47,652 nucleotides of DNA from Candidatus Krumholzibacteriia bacterium (GTDB lineage: Bacteria; Krumholzibacteriota; Krumholzibacteriia; WVZY01): positions 1 to 47,652 of the forward strand of contig JBHHVD010000010.1 of assembly GCA_046754105.1 (NCBI GenBank), written 5' to 3'. The notes beneath the pieces were generated by a model that did not search any database, had not been told where the DNA came from, and saw only the letters and a list, made by a program, of their open reading frames with translations. A program made the translations under genes and the position numbers. This document shows, one piece after another, positions 18,497 through 28,091 of this stretch (the stretch's first letter is position 1; every line of letters begins with the position of its first letter).

Positions 18497-19702
18497 CTAG
18501 ATTTCGTCGGGCTTCTCTTCGAGCTTTAGCGTGACCGTCTTGGTCTTGCCGCGCCGGTCGATGTCAAAGACCAGCTCGTCCCCGATCTTCGAGCCGAAAA
18601 TGATGTGGTTGGCCTCGCGTCGCGTCTTCACCTTGCGTCCGTTCACTGCCACGATGAGGTCGCCCAACTTCAAACCCGCCTTCCTGGCCGGGCTGTCGTC
18701 CTCGATCTCGCGGACCAGCAGGCCATGGTTGACGTTCAGGTTCAGACCCGCCGCCAGCTCGGGCGTAACGTCGCGCACGCGAAGGCCCACCCAGACCGGC
18801 CGTACACGCCCGTAATTCCTGAACTCGTCGAGCACCCACTTGCCGCGGTTGATAGGGATAGCAAATCCCATCCCCAGGTTGCCTCCGTTACCCGAGCTGA
18901 AGATGAACGTATTGATCCCGATAACTTCTCCCCGCGAATTCACGAGCGGTCCGCCGCTGTTGCCGGGATTGATCGCGGCATCGGTCTGGATCATGTCCTT
19001 GAAGGTCTGCTCGCTGGTGGGGCTCTCCTTTACGTCGCGATGCAGGGCACTGATGACGCCGACGGTGACCGTAGGCTGCGTGTCGTTGAGCAGCTGTCCG
19101 AACGGCTGACCGATGGCAATGACCCATTCCCCGACAAAGAGGTCGCCTGAGTCCCCCAGGCTGGCGTACGAGTGGTTGTCCCCCGCGATCTTGATGAGGG
19201 CGATATCGTAGTCCGGCGCGGTCTCCACTTCTTCGGCGGCAACGGTCGTACCATCCGACAGCGTGACCAGGATCTCTTCCGCTTTTCGCACCACGTGCGC
19301 GTTGGTGAGGATAAACCCTTCGGGGCTGATGATAACGCCGGACCCCAGGGACGACACCTCCCGCTCGAAAGTCTGTCCCGGCCCGAAGAAGAGGGACCAC
19401 CATTCGCTTCTCCGGGAACGGAACGGGTTGGCACGAACCACCTGCCGGTAGCGGGAGGTAACGCTGACGACCGCGGGTGCCACGCGCTCCGTGGCTATGA
19501 CGATGGCATTGCGGCGGCTCTCGCTTATCGGCATCGGCTCCTGCGGCGGCGGCCTGTTCGCCGCTACGTTCGCTTCCGTACTGCGCGAGCTCTTGAAGAA
19601 AAGCACCCCGGAGACAACAATCAATCCCAGGGAAACGCCCAGCACCGCCCCAAAGATGTAGGGCAAGGGGCCAACCCGGCGGCGTGTTCCAATGACGTCC
19701 AT
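18497..19702 (-). CDS. HtrA/DegP-family serine protease, N-terminal TM and one PDZ
   Basis: TNAHVV, DIAL, QTDAAINPGNSGGPL catalytic triad motifs; C-terminal PDZ. Confidence 0.95.
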   Translation of the reverse strand: MDVIGTRRRVGPLPYIFGAVLGVSLGLIVVSGVLFFKSSRSTEANVAANRPPPQEPMPISESRRNAIVIATERVAPAVVSVTSRYRQVVRANPFRSRRSEWWSLFFGPGQTFEREVSSLGSGVIISPEGFILTNAHVVRKAEEILVTLSDGTTVAAEEVETAPDYDIALIKIAGDNHSYASLGDSGDLFVGEWVIAIGQPFGQLLNDTQPTVTVGVISALHRDVKESPTSEQTFKDMIQTDAAINPGNSGGPLVNSRGEVIGINTFIFSSGNGGNLGMGFAIPINRGKWVLDEFRNYGRVRPVWVGLRVRDVTPELAAGLNLNVNHGLLVREIEDDSPARKAGLKLGDLIVAVNGRKVKTRREANHIIFGSKIGDELVFDIDRRGKTKTVTLKLEEKPDEI

Positions 19703-19872
19703 CGGTTCTTCTCCCTTTGCGGCGCGGCCGCTTTCGTTCCCCCCCCGGCGCCTGGGGCCGTCATCGCGCCGGCCGCAGCCGCTCTTCCTTGCGCCGACCG
19801 CGCCAACAACCCGGCGAAAGCCGCCGGGAACCTTACATAATAGGTAATCGACCGGCGGGCGCCAAGACGAAT

Positions 19873-20607
19873 CTAATCGCCGTATCGTACTCCGGTCAGA
19901 AACAGCCCGTTCGGGGGAATCGTGGGCCCGGCCGCCGTCCTGTCCCTTCTACACAGGATGTCCTCGAGATGTTCCGGGGGATACTTGCCCCGCCCGACCT
20001 CGATCAACGTACCGACGATGACCCGCACCATGTGGTGGAGAAAATGATCGGCCTCCAGGGTAATGGAAATCACCTCGTCGTGCCGTTCGACTTCCGCCGC
20101 ACGCACGTCACAGATGGCAGGAACGCCGGTCGACCGCGAGGGTGTAAAGCTGGTGAAATCGCGCTCGCCCATCAGGTGCGCGGCCGCCGCCTGCATGTCG
20201 TCGACGTTCAACGGTGTGGTGACCACGTAGGCGAAGCGGCGCCAGATCGCCGTGGGTTCCGTGCGCAGATAATAGGAATACCGCCTGCTCCTGGCACTGA
20301 AACGAGCATGGAATTTCATGTCCACGTCAGACACGCGGTAGACCTGGATGTCCTCCGGTAGTTTGCTGCCGATCGCGCCGCGCAGCCTGGCGGGTGTCAG
20401 GGCCGTGTCGAGAACCGTGCTGCACGTCTGGCCCAGAGCGTGAACGCCCGTGTCGGTGCGGCCGGCACCGTTGACCTGAACGGCCGTGCCGAGAATCGCC
20501 TCGAGCGCTTCCTCCATGGTGCCCTGCACGGTCCGCAGGTTGGGCTGCCTCTGCCAACCGTGAAAATCGGTGCCGTCGTATTCCACCAGCATTTTGAAAT
20601 TTCGCAT
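19873..20607 (-). CDS. truA: tRNA pseudouridine(38-40) synthase
   Basis: YDGTDFHGWQ, AGRTDTGVHA, FHARF, MVRVIVG. Confidence 0.98.
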   Translation of the reverse strand: MRNFKMLVEYDGTDFHGWQRQPNLRTVQGTMEEALEAILGTAVQVNGAGRTDTGVHALGQTCSTVLDTALTPARLRGAIGSKLPEDIQVYRVSDVDMKFHARFSARSRRYSYYLRTEPTAIWRRFAYVVTTPLNVDDMQAAAAHLMGERDFTSFTPSRSTGVPAICDVRAAEVERHDEVISITLEADHFLHHMVRVIVGTLIEVGRGKYPPEHLEDILCRRDRTAAGPTIPPNGLFLTGVRYGD

Positions 20608-20626
20608 GGCAACCTGATCGGCTCGT

Positions 20627-21394
20627 TCAGCCGATTGAACCCGCCACCGCCAGCAGTGCCAGCGTCACCGCTGCAAAACGCAAGTCCCGGCCGGCCGGTT
20701 TCGGAACCTCCAGCAGGCGTATGATCGACCGTCGAATACCGCGAATCTCCACGGCCATCGCCAACTGGCCCGAGCGGTGGATCGCCGAGACCACCAGGGG
20801 CACGAACAGCATCCGCACTCCTGCGATCTTCGTCATGAGGCCCCCGCGAAGACCGCCTCCGCGGAACCGTTGGGCGACGCGGATGCGCTCGATCTCGTCC
20901 GCAAACAACGGCAGAAACCCCATTGCGAGAAAACCGTGCAGCGCCACCCGCTTCGCGTACGACCTCGATAACGGTTGAACCAGCGAAGCGAGACCCACCG
21001 CGATGACCTCCTGCGATGCAACCGAGACAAAAACGATCACTACGTAAGAGACGGTTAGCACACGCAAACCATAAAAGATGCCGCTCGTCAGTCCCTCTCG
21101 CGACAAGAAAAACAGCGGTTGCGGCAACGGAGCGCCTTTAACCAGAAATGCGTTCAACGCGACGATCAACATCACGAACAACAGCAATGTACGGGTGCGC
21201 CGCACGAGGAGTCGCGCGGGCAGCCCGGCGAGGTAGTGAAGCAACAACACGTAGAGCAGAATCAGGACGAGGCCCCGTGTGCTGTGAACGATAAACGTAG
21301 AGACGACGATCAACGCGAAAAGAACAATCAAGAATCTAGGATCGTTCGCGATGAACGCGGACTTTCCTGCGGCGGATCCGTCGCGAGAAATCAT
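20627..21394 (-). CDS. ecfT: ECF transporter transmembrane T component (EcfT/CbiQ family)
   Basis: DPR start, several TM segments, coupling-helix motifs AQRFRG and AVEIRG; ATGA overlap with asd; upstream of truA. Confidence 0.8.
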   Translation of the reverse strand: MISRDGSAAGKSAFIANDPRFLIVLFALIVVSTFIVHSTRGLVLILLYVLLLHYLAGLPARLLVRRTRTLLLFVMLIVALNAFLVKGAPLPQPLFFLSREGLTSGIFYGLRVLTVSYVVIVFVSVASQEVIAVGLASLVQPLSRSYAKRVALHGFLAMGFLPLFADEIERIRVAQRFRGGGLRGGLMTKIAGVRMLFVPLVVSAIHRSGQLAMAVEIRGIRRSIIRLLEVPKPAGRDLRFAAVTLALLAVAGSIG

Positions 21395-22389
21395 ACGGGC
21401 GCGCATGCGAGAAGCAGCTCCGCTATTTGAACCGAGTTCGTGGCCGCACCCTTTCTCAGGTTGTCGCCGACGGCCCAATAACTGAACGCGCCGGGACGCG
21501 TCGGGTCCACTCTCAGGCGGCCGATCACGACGGTATCCGTGCCGGCGACGTCGAGGGGTGTCGGCAGGTCGTCGTCGCAGGCGAGCCCCGGTGAACGGCC
21601 CCACAGCGCCTTCAAATCATCGATGGCCGCTTTCCCTTCGAACTCGACGTTCACCGACAGCGAGTGCCCCACGCGAACGGGCACCCGCACCGACGTCGGA
21701 ACGACATCCAGCGAGGGGAGCTCGAGAATTTTTCTCGTCTCTTCTATGATTTTTTCCTCTTCGGCGGAGTACCCGGAAGGCACGATATCACCGATCCGCG
21801 GGATACAGTTGTAGGCGATCGGCTTGTCGAACACGCTCCCCCCTGGCTCGTGTTCCGCCCCGTCCGCCTGGATCTGGCGCTCCAGTTCGCGAAGCGCCGC
21901 TCGTCCCGCGCCGGATACCGATTGCAGCGCGGTGACCACGACGCGCCGCAGGGGCGCGAGTTCGATGATTGGAGCGAGAGTCATCACCAGGTTGATCGCG
22001 GTACAGTTGGGGCACGAAACCAGCTGTGTTCCGGACGTAACCCGCTTGCCGTTGATTTCCGGGACTACGAGCGGAACGCCGTCGTTCATGCGGAAGGCCG
22101 TCGTGTTGTCCACGACCTTGCACCCCTTGGCGATCGCCCGTGGAACGAGCTCGCGGCTCGCTTCGGCGCCCGCGCTAAAAAAACAGTAGTCGAACTCTCC
22201 GAAGTCGAGATCATCGGTGCCGCGCACGGGCCACGCGCGTCCGAACGCGTCTGCTGTCCGAACGGCGCCGCCGCCGGTCGCCACCGGGGCATACTCCGCG
22301 ACCGGGAAAGCGCGCTCCTCCAGCACCCTGGCCATGGTCCGGCCGACGACACCCGTCGCTCCAATCACCGCTACGCGCTGATGCTCCAT
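21391..22389 (-). CDS. asd: Aspartate-semialdehyde dehydrogenase
   Basis: GATGVVG, PLVVPEIN, PNCT, QSVSGAG, RVPVRVGHS, DNLRKGAATN. Confidence 0.93.
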   Translation of the reverse strand: MEHQRVAVIGATGVVGRTMARVLEERAFPVAEYAPVATGGGAVRTADAFGRAWPVRGTDDLDFGEFDYCFFSAGAEASRELVPRAIAKGCKVVDNTTAFRMNDGVPLVVPEINGKRVTSGTQLVSCPNCTAINLVMTLAPIIELAPLRRVVVTALQSVSGAGRAALRELERQIQADGAEHEPGGSVFDKPIAYNCIPRIGDIVPSGYSAEEEKIIEETRKILELPSLDVVPTSVRVPVRVGHSLSVNVEFEGKAAIDDLKALWGRSPGLACDDDLPTPLDVAGTDTVVIGRLRVDPTRPGAFSYWAVGDNLRKGAATNSVQIAELLLACAPV

Positions 22390-22523
22390 CTCTTTTTCCA
22401 ATCCTCCCTGGAACGGCCGGGCATCGTTGCTTTGCCGGCGCACCGTCGCCCACCGCCAAACTCCCACGCGGCGAGCCACCTCGCGCACGCTAACCGATTG
22501 GGGCAGGGTCGCTTCTGTTCGGC

Positions 22524-22553
22524 ACCGTAGCATAGCGACAAAAAGACTGTCAA
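22524..22553 (-). promoter_or_regulatory. Putative sigma-70 promoter for asd-ecfT-truA
   Basis: TTGACA, 18-nt spacer, TACGGT preceded by TGn. Confidence 0.4.
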
Positions 22554-22700
22554 TAAATCGCCCGTCTCATTGCACCGGAGCCGGCGGGAACCCTAACCAC
22601 TTTCACACTATCGGGTTCCAACGTTGGCGCAGCGATGGCAGCCCGGTGGATCGCCGCCCCGCCGGCGGTGCGGGCCGGGGGCAAGAAACGCAACAAGCGC

Positions 22701-22730
22701 TTGACAGTGACGAGTTTGGCGTGGAATAGT
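22701..22730 (+). promoter_or_regulatory. Putative sigma-70 promoter for the HEAT/cyclophilin gene
   Basis: TTGACA, 18-nt spacer, AATAGT preceded by TGn. Confidence 0.4.
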
Positions 22731-22793
22731 CCAGGCTGAAAGGCTCAAGAGAAAACTTGCCATATAACTTATTATTGTACAAGGATTTATGAG

Positions 22794-24785
22794 ATGATAA
22801 AACGAAATCTCGCCGTCGCCGTATGGGCGATCGCCGTCATTGTCCCGTGTTGGAGTGCCAGCGGTAAGAGCCGCTACCAGCCGCTGCTGGCCACTTCCAG
22901 CGGGCGCGACACGCTCCTCAACCTGGCGCTGTGGGAAGACGGCCGCGTCACCGGTAACGGCCGCCTTTTCAGGTACCTCGAGTCCGACAACCCGCTCGTG
23001 CGCTTGCGGTGCGTCGAGGTGATCGGACGGATCCAGGACCCGCAGGACGCGCCACGCCTCTTCCCGTTTCTCAAGGACCGTGACGAGCGCGTCGTGCGCG
23101 AGACGGTGTTCGCGCTCGGGCAAATCGCGTCGGAAGCGGCGGCGGCGGTACTGATCGAATTCGGGCGGGGAGCACCGCCGGACATGCGGTTGATCGTGGC
23201 CGAGGCGCTCGGGAGAATCGGCGGCGAAGAAGCGATCGCGGCGCTTACCGAGATGCTCCATGCGTTTCAAGGCAAGCTGCGTTCGGCAGCGGTGATGGCC
23301 CTCGCCCGGACCGCTGACGAAAGGGCGCTGGGTGGACTGCTGCTGGCCCTCCACGACGGTGACAACAAGGTCGTGCGCCGCGCGGTTTACGCGCTCGAAA
23401 AAATCAAATCCAAGCGTGTACCGCCGGAGGTGCTTCCCCTGATCGATCACGACGACGCGCTCGTGCGAGCGTACGCGGCGCGCACACTGGGCAAGCAAAA
23501 AGACGCCAAATCCGTCGATAAGCTCATCGCGCTCCTCGACGAGGCGGAAGATCGGGTGTTGATCAATGCCATGAACGCACTCGCCTCGATTCTCGACGGC
23601 AAGAAGGAGAAGAAGGTCGTCGCGCCGCTGGGCCGGCTTCTCCAGGACCATCCGTCGCACCACGTGAGAAAAGCGGCGGTGGTGACGATGGGCGCCGTCG
23701 GCGACAAGAGCGCCACCGATTACCTCGCGCAATCCATACTCGACGAAAACGCCGCGATCCGCGCGGAATCCTACAAGGGACTGGCGAGAGTGCTCGGCAA
23801 GCAGTCCGTTGTGTTCTTGTCCAGCGGGCTTAAGGACGGCGAACGCATGGTGCGCCTGGCGGCGATCGAGGCCTACGGACTGGCCGGCGAAAAGAAGGAA
23901 CTGGGCCTTCTGCTTGGCACGGCGAGCGAGGCGCCGGATCGCCTGGCGCGGGCGGCGGCGGTGCGCGCGTTGAGTCATTTCAAGTACGATGACGTGTCGG
24001 CGGTTCTCCTGCAGAAGCTGGGCGATGACGACTGGGTGGTCGCCACCGAGGCCGTGAACGCGCTCGGCGAAATCGGCGACAAGAAAGCCGTTCCCTCACT
24101 GATCGAGCGCTATACGGCGCGGTACGATCGGGTCGACAAGGACGTTCGTCTTGCAATTCTCGACGTGTTGACCGGGATGAAAGCGCCGGAGGCGGAAGGG
24201 ATCGCGCGCGAAGCGCTCGACGACGGCGATAAGCGCATGAGACTCGCCGGCAAGGCGTTGCTCGAGCGCCTCGAGGTGGCGGTGCCGGAGATCCCCGGCG
24301 ACCGGCATTTCTACGAGAGGGATTTCGACGCGTCGAGGAAGGTGAACCTCTCGCTGCCGCTCGGCGAGCGGCGCGCGCGGATCCGTTGCGAGTACGGCAC
24401 CGTCGAAATCAGACTGTACGGCGATGACGCCGTGCAGACCGTCGCCAACTTCACCAGACTGGCAGCCAGGGACTTCTACAAGGCCGGGACCTTTCACCGG
24501 GTAGTGCCCAACTTCGTCGTGCAGGGAGGTTGCCCGCGGGGGGACGGCTGGGGGGACGCCGGCTACTACATCCGTTCGGAGTTCAACCGTTTTCACTACC
24601 AGCGCGGCGCGGTGGGAATCGCCCATTCGGGAAAAGACACCGGCGGCACACAGTTCTTCATCACCCATTCACCACAACCCCACCTCGACGGCCGCTACAC
24701 CATCTTCGGCCGCGTAACCAAAGGCATGGAGGTCGTCGACAAGATCCGCCAGGGCGACAGATTCCAGGTGAAAATCATCGAGTAG
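22794..24785 (+). CDS. Exported HEAT-repeat protein with C-terminal cyclophilin-type PPIase domain
   Basis: Signal peptide; many VR..A..ALG repeats; FHRVVPNFVVQGG, DTGGTQFFI, HLDGRYTIFG. Confidence 0.92.
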   Translation: MIKRNLAVAVWAIAVIVPCWSASGKSRYQPLLATSSGRDTLLNLALWEDGRVTGNGRLFRYLESDNPLVRLRCVEVIGRIQDPQDAPRLFPFLKDRDERVVRETVFALGQIASEAAAAVLIEFGRGAPPDMRLIVAEALGRIGGEEAIAALTEMLHAFQGKLRSAAVMALARTADERALGGLLLALHDGDNKVVRRAVYALEKIKSKRVPPEVLPLIDHDDALVRAYAARTLGKQKDAKSVDKLIALLDEAEDRVLINAMNALASILDGKKEKKVVAPLGRLLQDHPSHHVRKAAVVTMGAVGDKSATDYLAQSILDENAAIRAESYKGLARVLGKQSVVFLSSGLKDGERMVRLAAIEAYGLAGEKKELGLLLGTASEAPDRLARAAAVRALSHFKYDDVSAVLLQKLGDDDWVVATEAVNALGEIGDKKAVPSLIERYTARYDRVDKDVRLAILDVLTGMKAPEAEGIAREALDDGDKRMRLAGKALLERLEVAVPEIPGDRHFYERDFDASRKVNLSLPLGERRARIRCEYGTVEIRLYGDDAVQTVANFTRLAARDFYKAGTFHRVVPNFVVQGGCPRGDGWGDAGYYIRSEFNRFHYQRGAVGIAHSGKDTGGTQFFITHSPQPHLDGRYTIFGRVTKGMEVVDKIRQGDRFQVKIIE

Positions 24786-24905
24786 ACCGTCGCCTTCGTT
24801 GCGGGATGGCCACGCCGGCGGGCGCGGGGGCCTCGACGGAACGCCCGCTGTGGATCCCCGGCGGGCCCGGCGCGGGTGGCAGCGGGCCAGCCCATCGCTG
24901 CCGCC

Positions 24906-25430
24906 TCAAAGACGGCCTTCGGCAGCCTGTGCTTGGATATCGCGCAGGGCGTTACGGTGGGCGCGGAATGCGATGCCGTCGGGGAGGCTGTCCAACGCGA
25001 AGAACCGGGCGTCGACCGCGTCGTCACCGCACGCCAGCTCTCCCCCGGTGCGACGGCACAAGTAGAGTATCAGCACCACCGTCGCGCGCGGGTCATCCAA
25101 TGCCGAGTAGACGTCGAAGAGCCGTACGACCTCGACGTCGAGGTTCGTTTCCTCTTTTGCTTCTCGCACCGCGCAGGCGCCGGCGTCCTCACCCGATTCG
25201 ACGAAACCGGCGGGGAGCGTCCACAATCCGGCCTTTGGCTCGTACTTGCGTTTCACGAGCAGCACCCGCCCGTCTTCTACGACAATCACGCCGGCGGCGG
25301 GCGTGGGATTCTCATAGTGAACGTACCCGCAGGAATCGCAGACGCGGCGGACCCGGTCCTCGTTCTCCGGCATGCGCTCCACCAGGCCCCGGCCGCAGAG
25401 CGGGCAGAACTCGAAAGGTCTCACACTCAT
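24906..25430 (-). CDS. NUDIX hydrolase with N-terminal Zn ribbon
   Basis: CPLCG...CDSCG; Nudix box GFVESGEDAGACAVREAKEETN; ATGA overlap with the upstream gene. Confidence 0.92.
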   Translation of the reverse strand: MSVRPFEFCPLCGRGLVERMPENEDRVRRVCDSCGYVHYENPTPAAGVIVVEDGRVLLVKRKYEPKAGLWTLPAGFVESGEDAGACAVREAKEETNLDVEVVRLFDVYSALDDPRATVVLILYLCRRTGGELACGDDAVDARFFALDSLPDGIAFRAHRNALRDIQAQAAEGRL

Positions 25431-26728
25431 TGGTCGTCTTCCTGCGGCTGTTTGAACTTGCTGAAGTCGGCGGCGGCGAGTTTCAAGCGCCACACTCTCT
25501 CCGCTTCCTCGAAAGACCCGCCATACACGTTCTCAAAAACGTCCTGTAACGTGTTCGAGCCGAGTACGTCCAACTGCCGGTGCAGCTCGAGGAACTTTTC
25601 CGTGCCGCCGTATTCAATGAGGTAACCGACGAATGAAGCACCCGCGACGATCGCGGTTACGGGGTCGATCCTGCCCAGGTTCGACGGGTTGAGCAGGACT
25701 TCCAACGCGGGAATCTTCTTGGCCAGCAGCAGCTCCTGAGCCTGCGGCTGAATCGGTTTGCCGTCCATGCTTCCCTGAAGGTAGTAGGCGGTTCCCTCTC
25801 CCAAAACCTGCGGCAGGCGGCCGTACACGTCCGTCAACATGTGCACGATTTCGTGATCGTCCACTGGCGCAATCGAATGGATCTCGCGGGCAGCGTAATC
25901 GATGTCCAGGTTTTCCTTGATGCCCAGCGCTTCACGGATCGTCGCCGTGTCCGGATAAAGATAATAAGATATCCCCTTCCACGCCTCGCGCGGTATTCCG
26001 AGGCGGGCCGCGTAGTAGTCGTGGAGCTGTCGCTGCATTTCGATCGCGCCTTCGGGATACGGTTTCTCGTCCAGCCAATAGTGTGTAAATACCTCTCCCT
26101 CACGTTGTCGCCAGGGCAGCCCGACCGGGACTTCCACGCTGAGATCGTCGAACCAGATTCGTCCGGACATCCCGAGAACACAGTGCACGACGACGTACGC
26201 GATCTTCGGGGGCAGCCGGAAGACTTTTTCCTGCGTCACCCAGCCGTCGGTCGTTCCGATTTCAAGGGGAACTCGCGTGTCCGCGAACCGCGTGGAATTG
26301 AAGCGCGCGTGATTTGCGTCATAGTACGTGAGCGCGATTCCGGCCTGTGGATACTGCCCCTGATAAACGTCGAGGTCCACGGTCCTCTTCCTGTAGCGAA
26401 CGCGAGCGCGTCTCGCACCTCTCATCTCGATCTCCTGGGAGAGCAGGAAGAAGCGCCGGGTCTCGCCGTCCGCGCTAAAATAGAAAGCCTGTTCGCCGTC
26501 GAAGGCCAGCGAGTCATCCACCCCGTAGAGAGCCGCCTTCATATTGGCGAGACCTCGGAAGTTGTTCAGTTCCCAGCCGCGGGGAACTCCGCCGAGCATT
26601 TCCTCGAACGACGAATTCTCCAGCAAGTTGACTCCCGCCGGCGTCGTCCGGTCACCGCACGCCGGTACGAGCCCGGCGGCCAGGAGAAGCACCGCGGCGG
26701 TGCTCGCTGTTAGACGCCTTCTGTACAT
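25427..26728 (-). CDS. Putative lipoprotein: carbohydrate-binding-like jelly roll plus gluzincin-like HExxH domain
   Basis: Lipobox-like LVPAC; NLLENSSFE...IWFDDL typical of CBM4/9-like domains; HEIVH...EGTA. Confidence 0.65.
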   Translation of the reverse strand: MYRRRLTASTAAVLLLAAGLVPACGDRTTPAGVNLLENSSFEEMLGGVPRGWELNNFRGLANMKAALYGVDDSLAFDGEQAFYFSADGETRRFFLLSQEIEMRGARRARVRYRKRTVDLDVYQGQYPQAGIALTYYDANHARFNSTRFADTRVPLEIGTTDGWVTQEKVFRLPPKIAYVVVHCVLGMSGRIWFDDLSVEVPVGLPWRQREGEVFTHYWLDEKPYPEGAIEMQRQLHDYYAARLGIPREAWKGISYYLYPDTATIREALGIKENLDIDYAAREIHSIAPVDDHEIVHMLTDVYGRLPQVLGEGTAYYLQGSMDGKPIQPQAQELLLAKKIPALEVLLNPSNLGRIDPVTAIVAGASFVGYLIEYGGTEKFLELHRQLDVLGSNTLQDVFENVYGGSFEEAERVWRLKLAAADFSKFKQPQEDDQ

Positions 26729-26765
26729 GAAATTGCATCTCCCGTAATCCAGCGGTTGTTTCGCA

Positions 26766-28040
26766 TTATCGAATCTCCCCGGGCAGCTCTTCGCCCTCGA
26801 GACGTGACACGACGGCGCAGCCGACCGTGTCGCCCCATACGTTGACCGTCGTACGGCACATGTCGAGCAGCCTGTCGACGGCGAGAATCATGCCAATCCC
26901 TTCGAGCGGCAACCCGACGGCGTTGAGGACGATGGCCATCGTCACCAGCCCCGCGCTTGGTATGCCGGCCGCACCGACCGCGGCAAGCGTCGCAGTAAGG
27001 AAGACGACCACCTGCTGGGTGAGCGACAGGTCGATCCCGTAGACCTGGGCTATAAAAACCGCTGCTACGGATTCGTACAGCGCCGTGCCGTCCATGTTGA
27101 TGGTCGCACCGATCGGCAGCACGAAGCTTGACACCCGCCGCGAGACGCCCGCCCTGTCCTGGACGCAATCGATCGTTACGGGTAGCGTGGCGCTGCTCGA
27201 TGCCGTGGAAAAGGCCGTCGTCAAAGCGGGCGAGACCTTCGCCACGTAACGCTCGGGCCTGACACGCGCCAGATACTTGAGCAGGAGCGGTAGCGTGACC
27301 AGCGCGTGTATCAAGAGGCCGATCAGCACCGTCAACATATACTTGCCAAGGTTGGCGAAGATTCCCGGGCCGGTCTCGGCGACGACGCGCGCCAGCAGCG
27401 CGAATACCCCGATCGGGGTCAGGCGGATTACGATATCCGCCATTTTCATCATCGCCTCGTTGAGGCTCTCGAAAAAATCGGTCAGCGGTTTGGCCCTGCC
27501 GCCGATAGTGGTGAGCACAGCCCCGAGGAGCAACGAGAAGACGATCAGCGGCAGGATGTCCATGTTGGCCATCGCCTTGATCGGATTGTCCGGCACCATG
27601 TTGAGTAACACGTCCCAGAAGCCGACCACGGTGTGCACTGCCTCCGGGATCTCTCCCGCGAGGAGCGGCGCCCCCCGGCCCGGCTTGATAAGGTTCACCA
27701 TCACCAAGCCGACGAAAACGGAGGCCCACGTCGTGAGGACATAGAAAAGAAAAGTACGGCTACCCAACCCGCCGAGCTTGCGAATGTCCCCGACTCTCGC
27801 CACCCCGACCACCATCGACGCCAGGATCAAAGGAACGATCAGCATCTTGAGCAGCTTGATAAAAACCGTACCTACCGGCGCCAGCACCGGATCGACGACA
27901 TGTATGAAGAACAGGCGGATGAATCCGAGGTGCCCCAGCAAACGTCCCAGACCACCACCAACGACGACCGACTCGTTGATCAGGAGGCCGGCGGCGACGC
28001 CGGCTACCATTCCTATCCCGATCTTCCAATGCAGCTTCAC
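26766..28040 (-). CDS. Dicarboxylate/amino acid:cation symporter (GltP/GltT family)
   Basis: AFSTASSSATLP, GATINMDG, DRLLDMCRTTVNVWGD. Confidence 0.96.
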   Translation of the reverse strand: MKLHWKIGIGMVAGVAAGLLINESVVVGGGLGRLLGHLGFIRLFFIHVVDPVLAPVGTVFIKLLKMLIVPLILASMVVGVARVGDIRKLGGLGSRTFLFYVLTTWASVFVGLVMVNLIKPGRGAPLLAGEIPEAVHTVVGFWDVLLNMVPDNPIKAMANMDILPLIVFSLLLGAVLTTIGGRAKPLTDFFESLNEAMMKMADIVIRLTPIGVFALLARVVAETGPGIFANLGKYMLTVLIGLLIHALVTLPLLLKYLARVRPERYVAKVSPALTTAFSTASSSATLPVTIDCVQDRAGVSRRVSSFVLPIGATINMDGTALYESVAAVFIAQVYGIDLSLTQQVVVFLTATLAAVGAAGIPSAGLVTMAIVLNAVGLPLEGIGMILAVDRLLDMCRTTVNVWGDTVGCAVVSRLEGEELPGEIR

Positions 28041-28091
28041 TTCAATCTGCTCCCGCGAGACGTCTCCGGCGTTCGCTTCCCGCGTCCCGCA

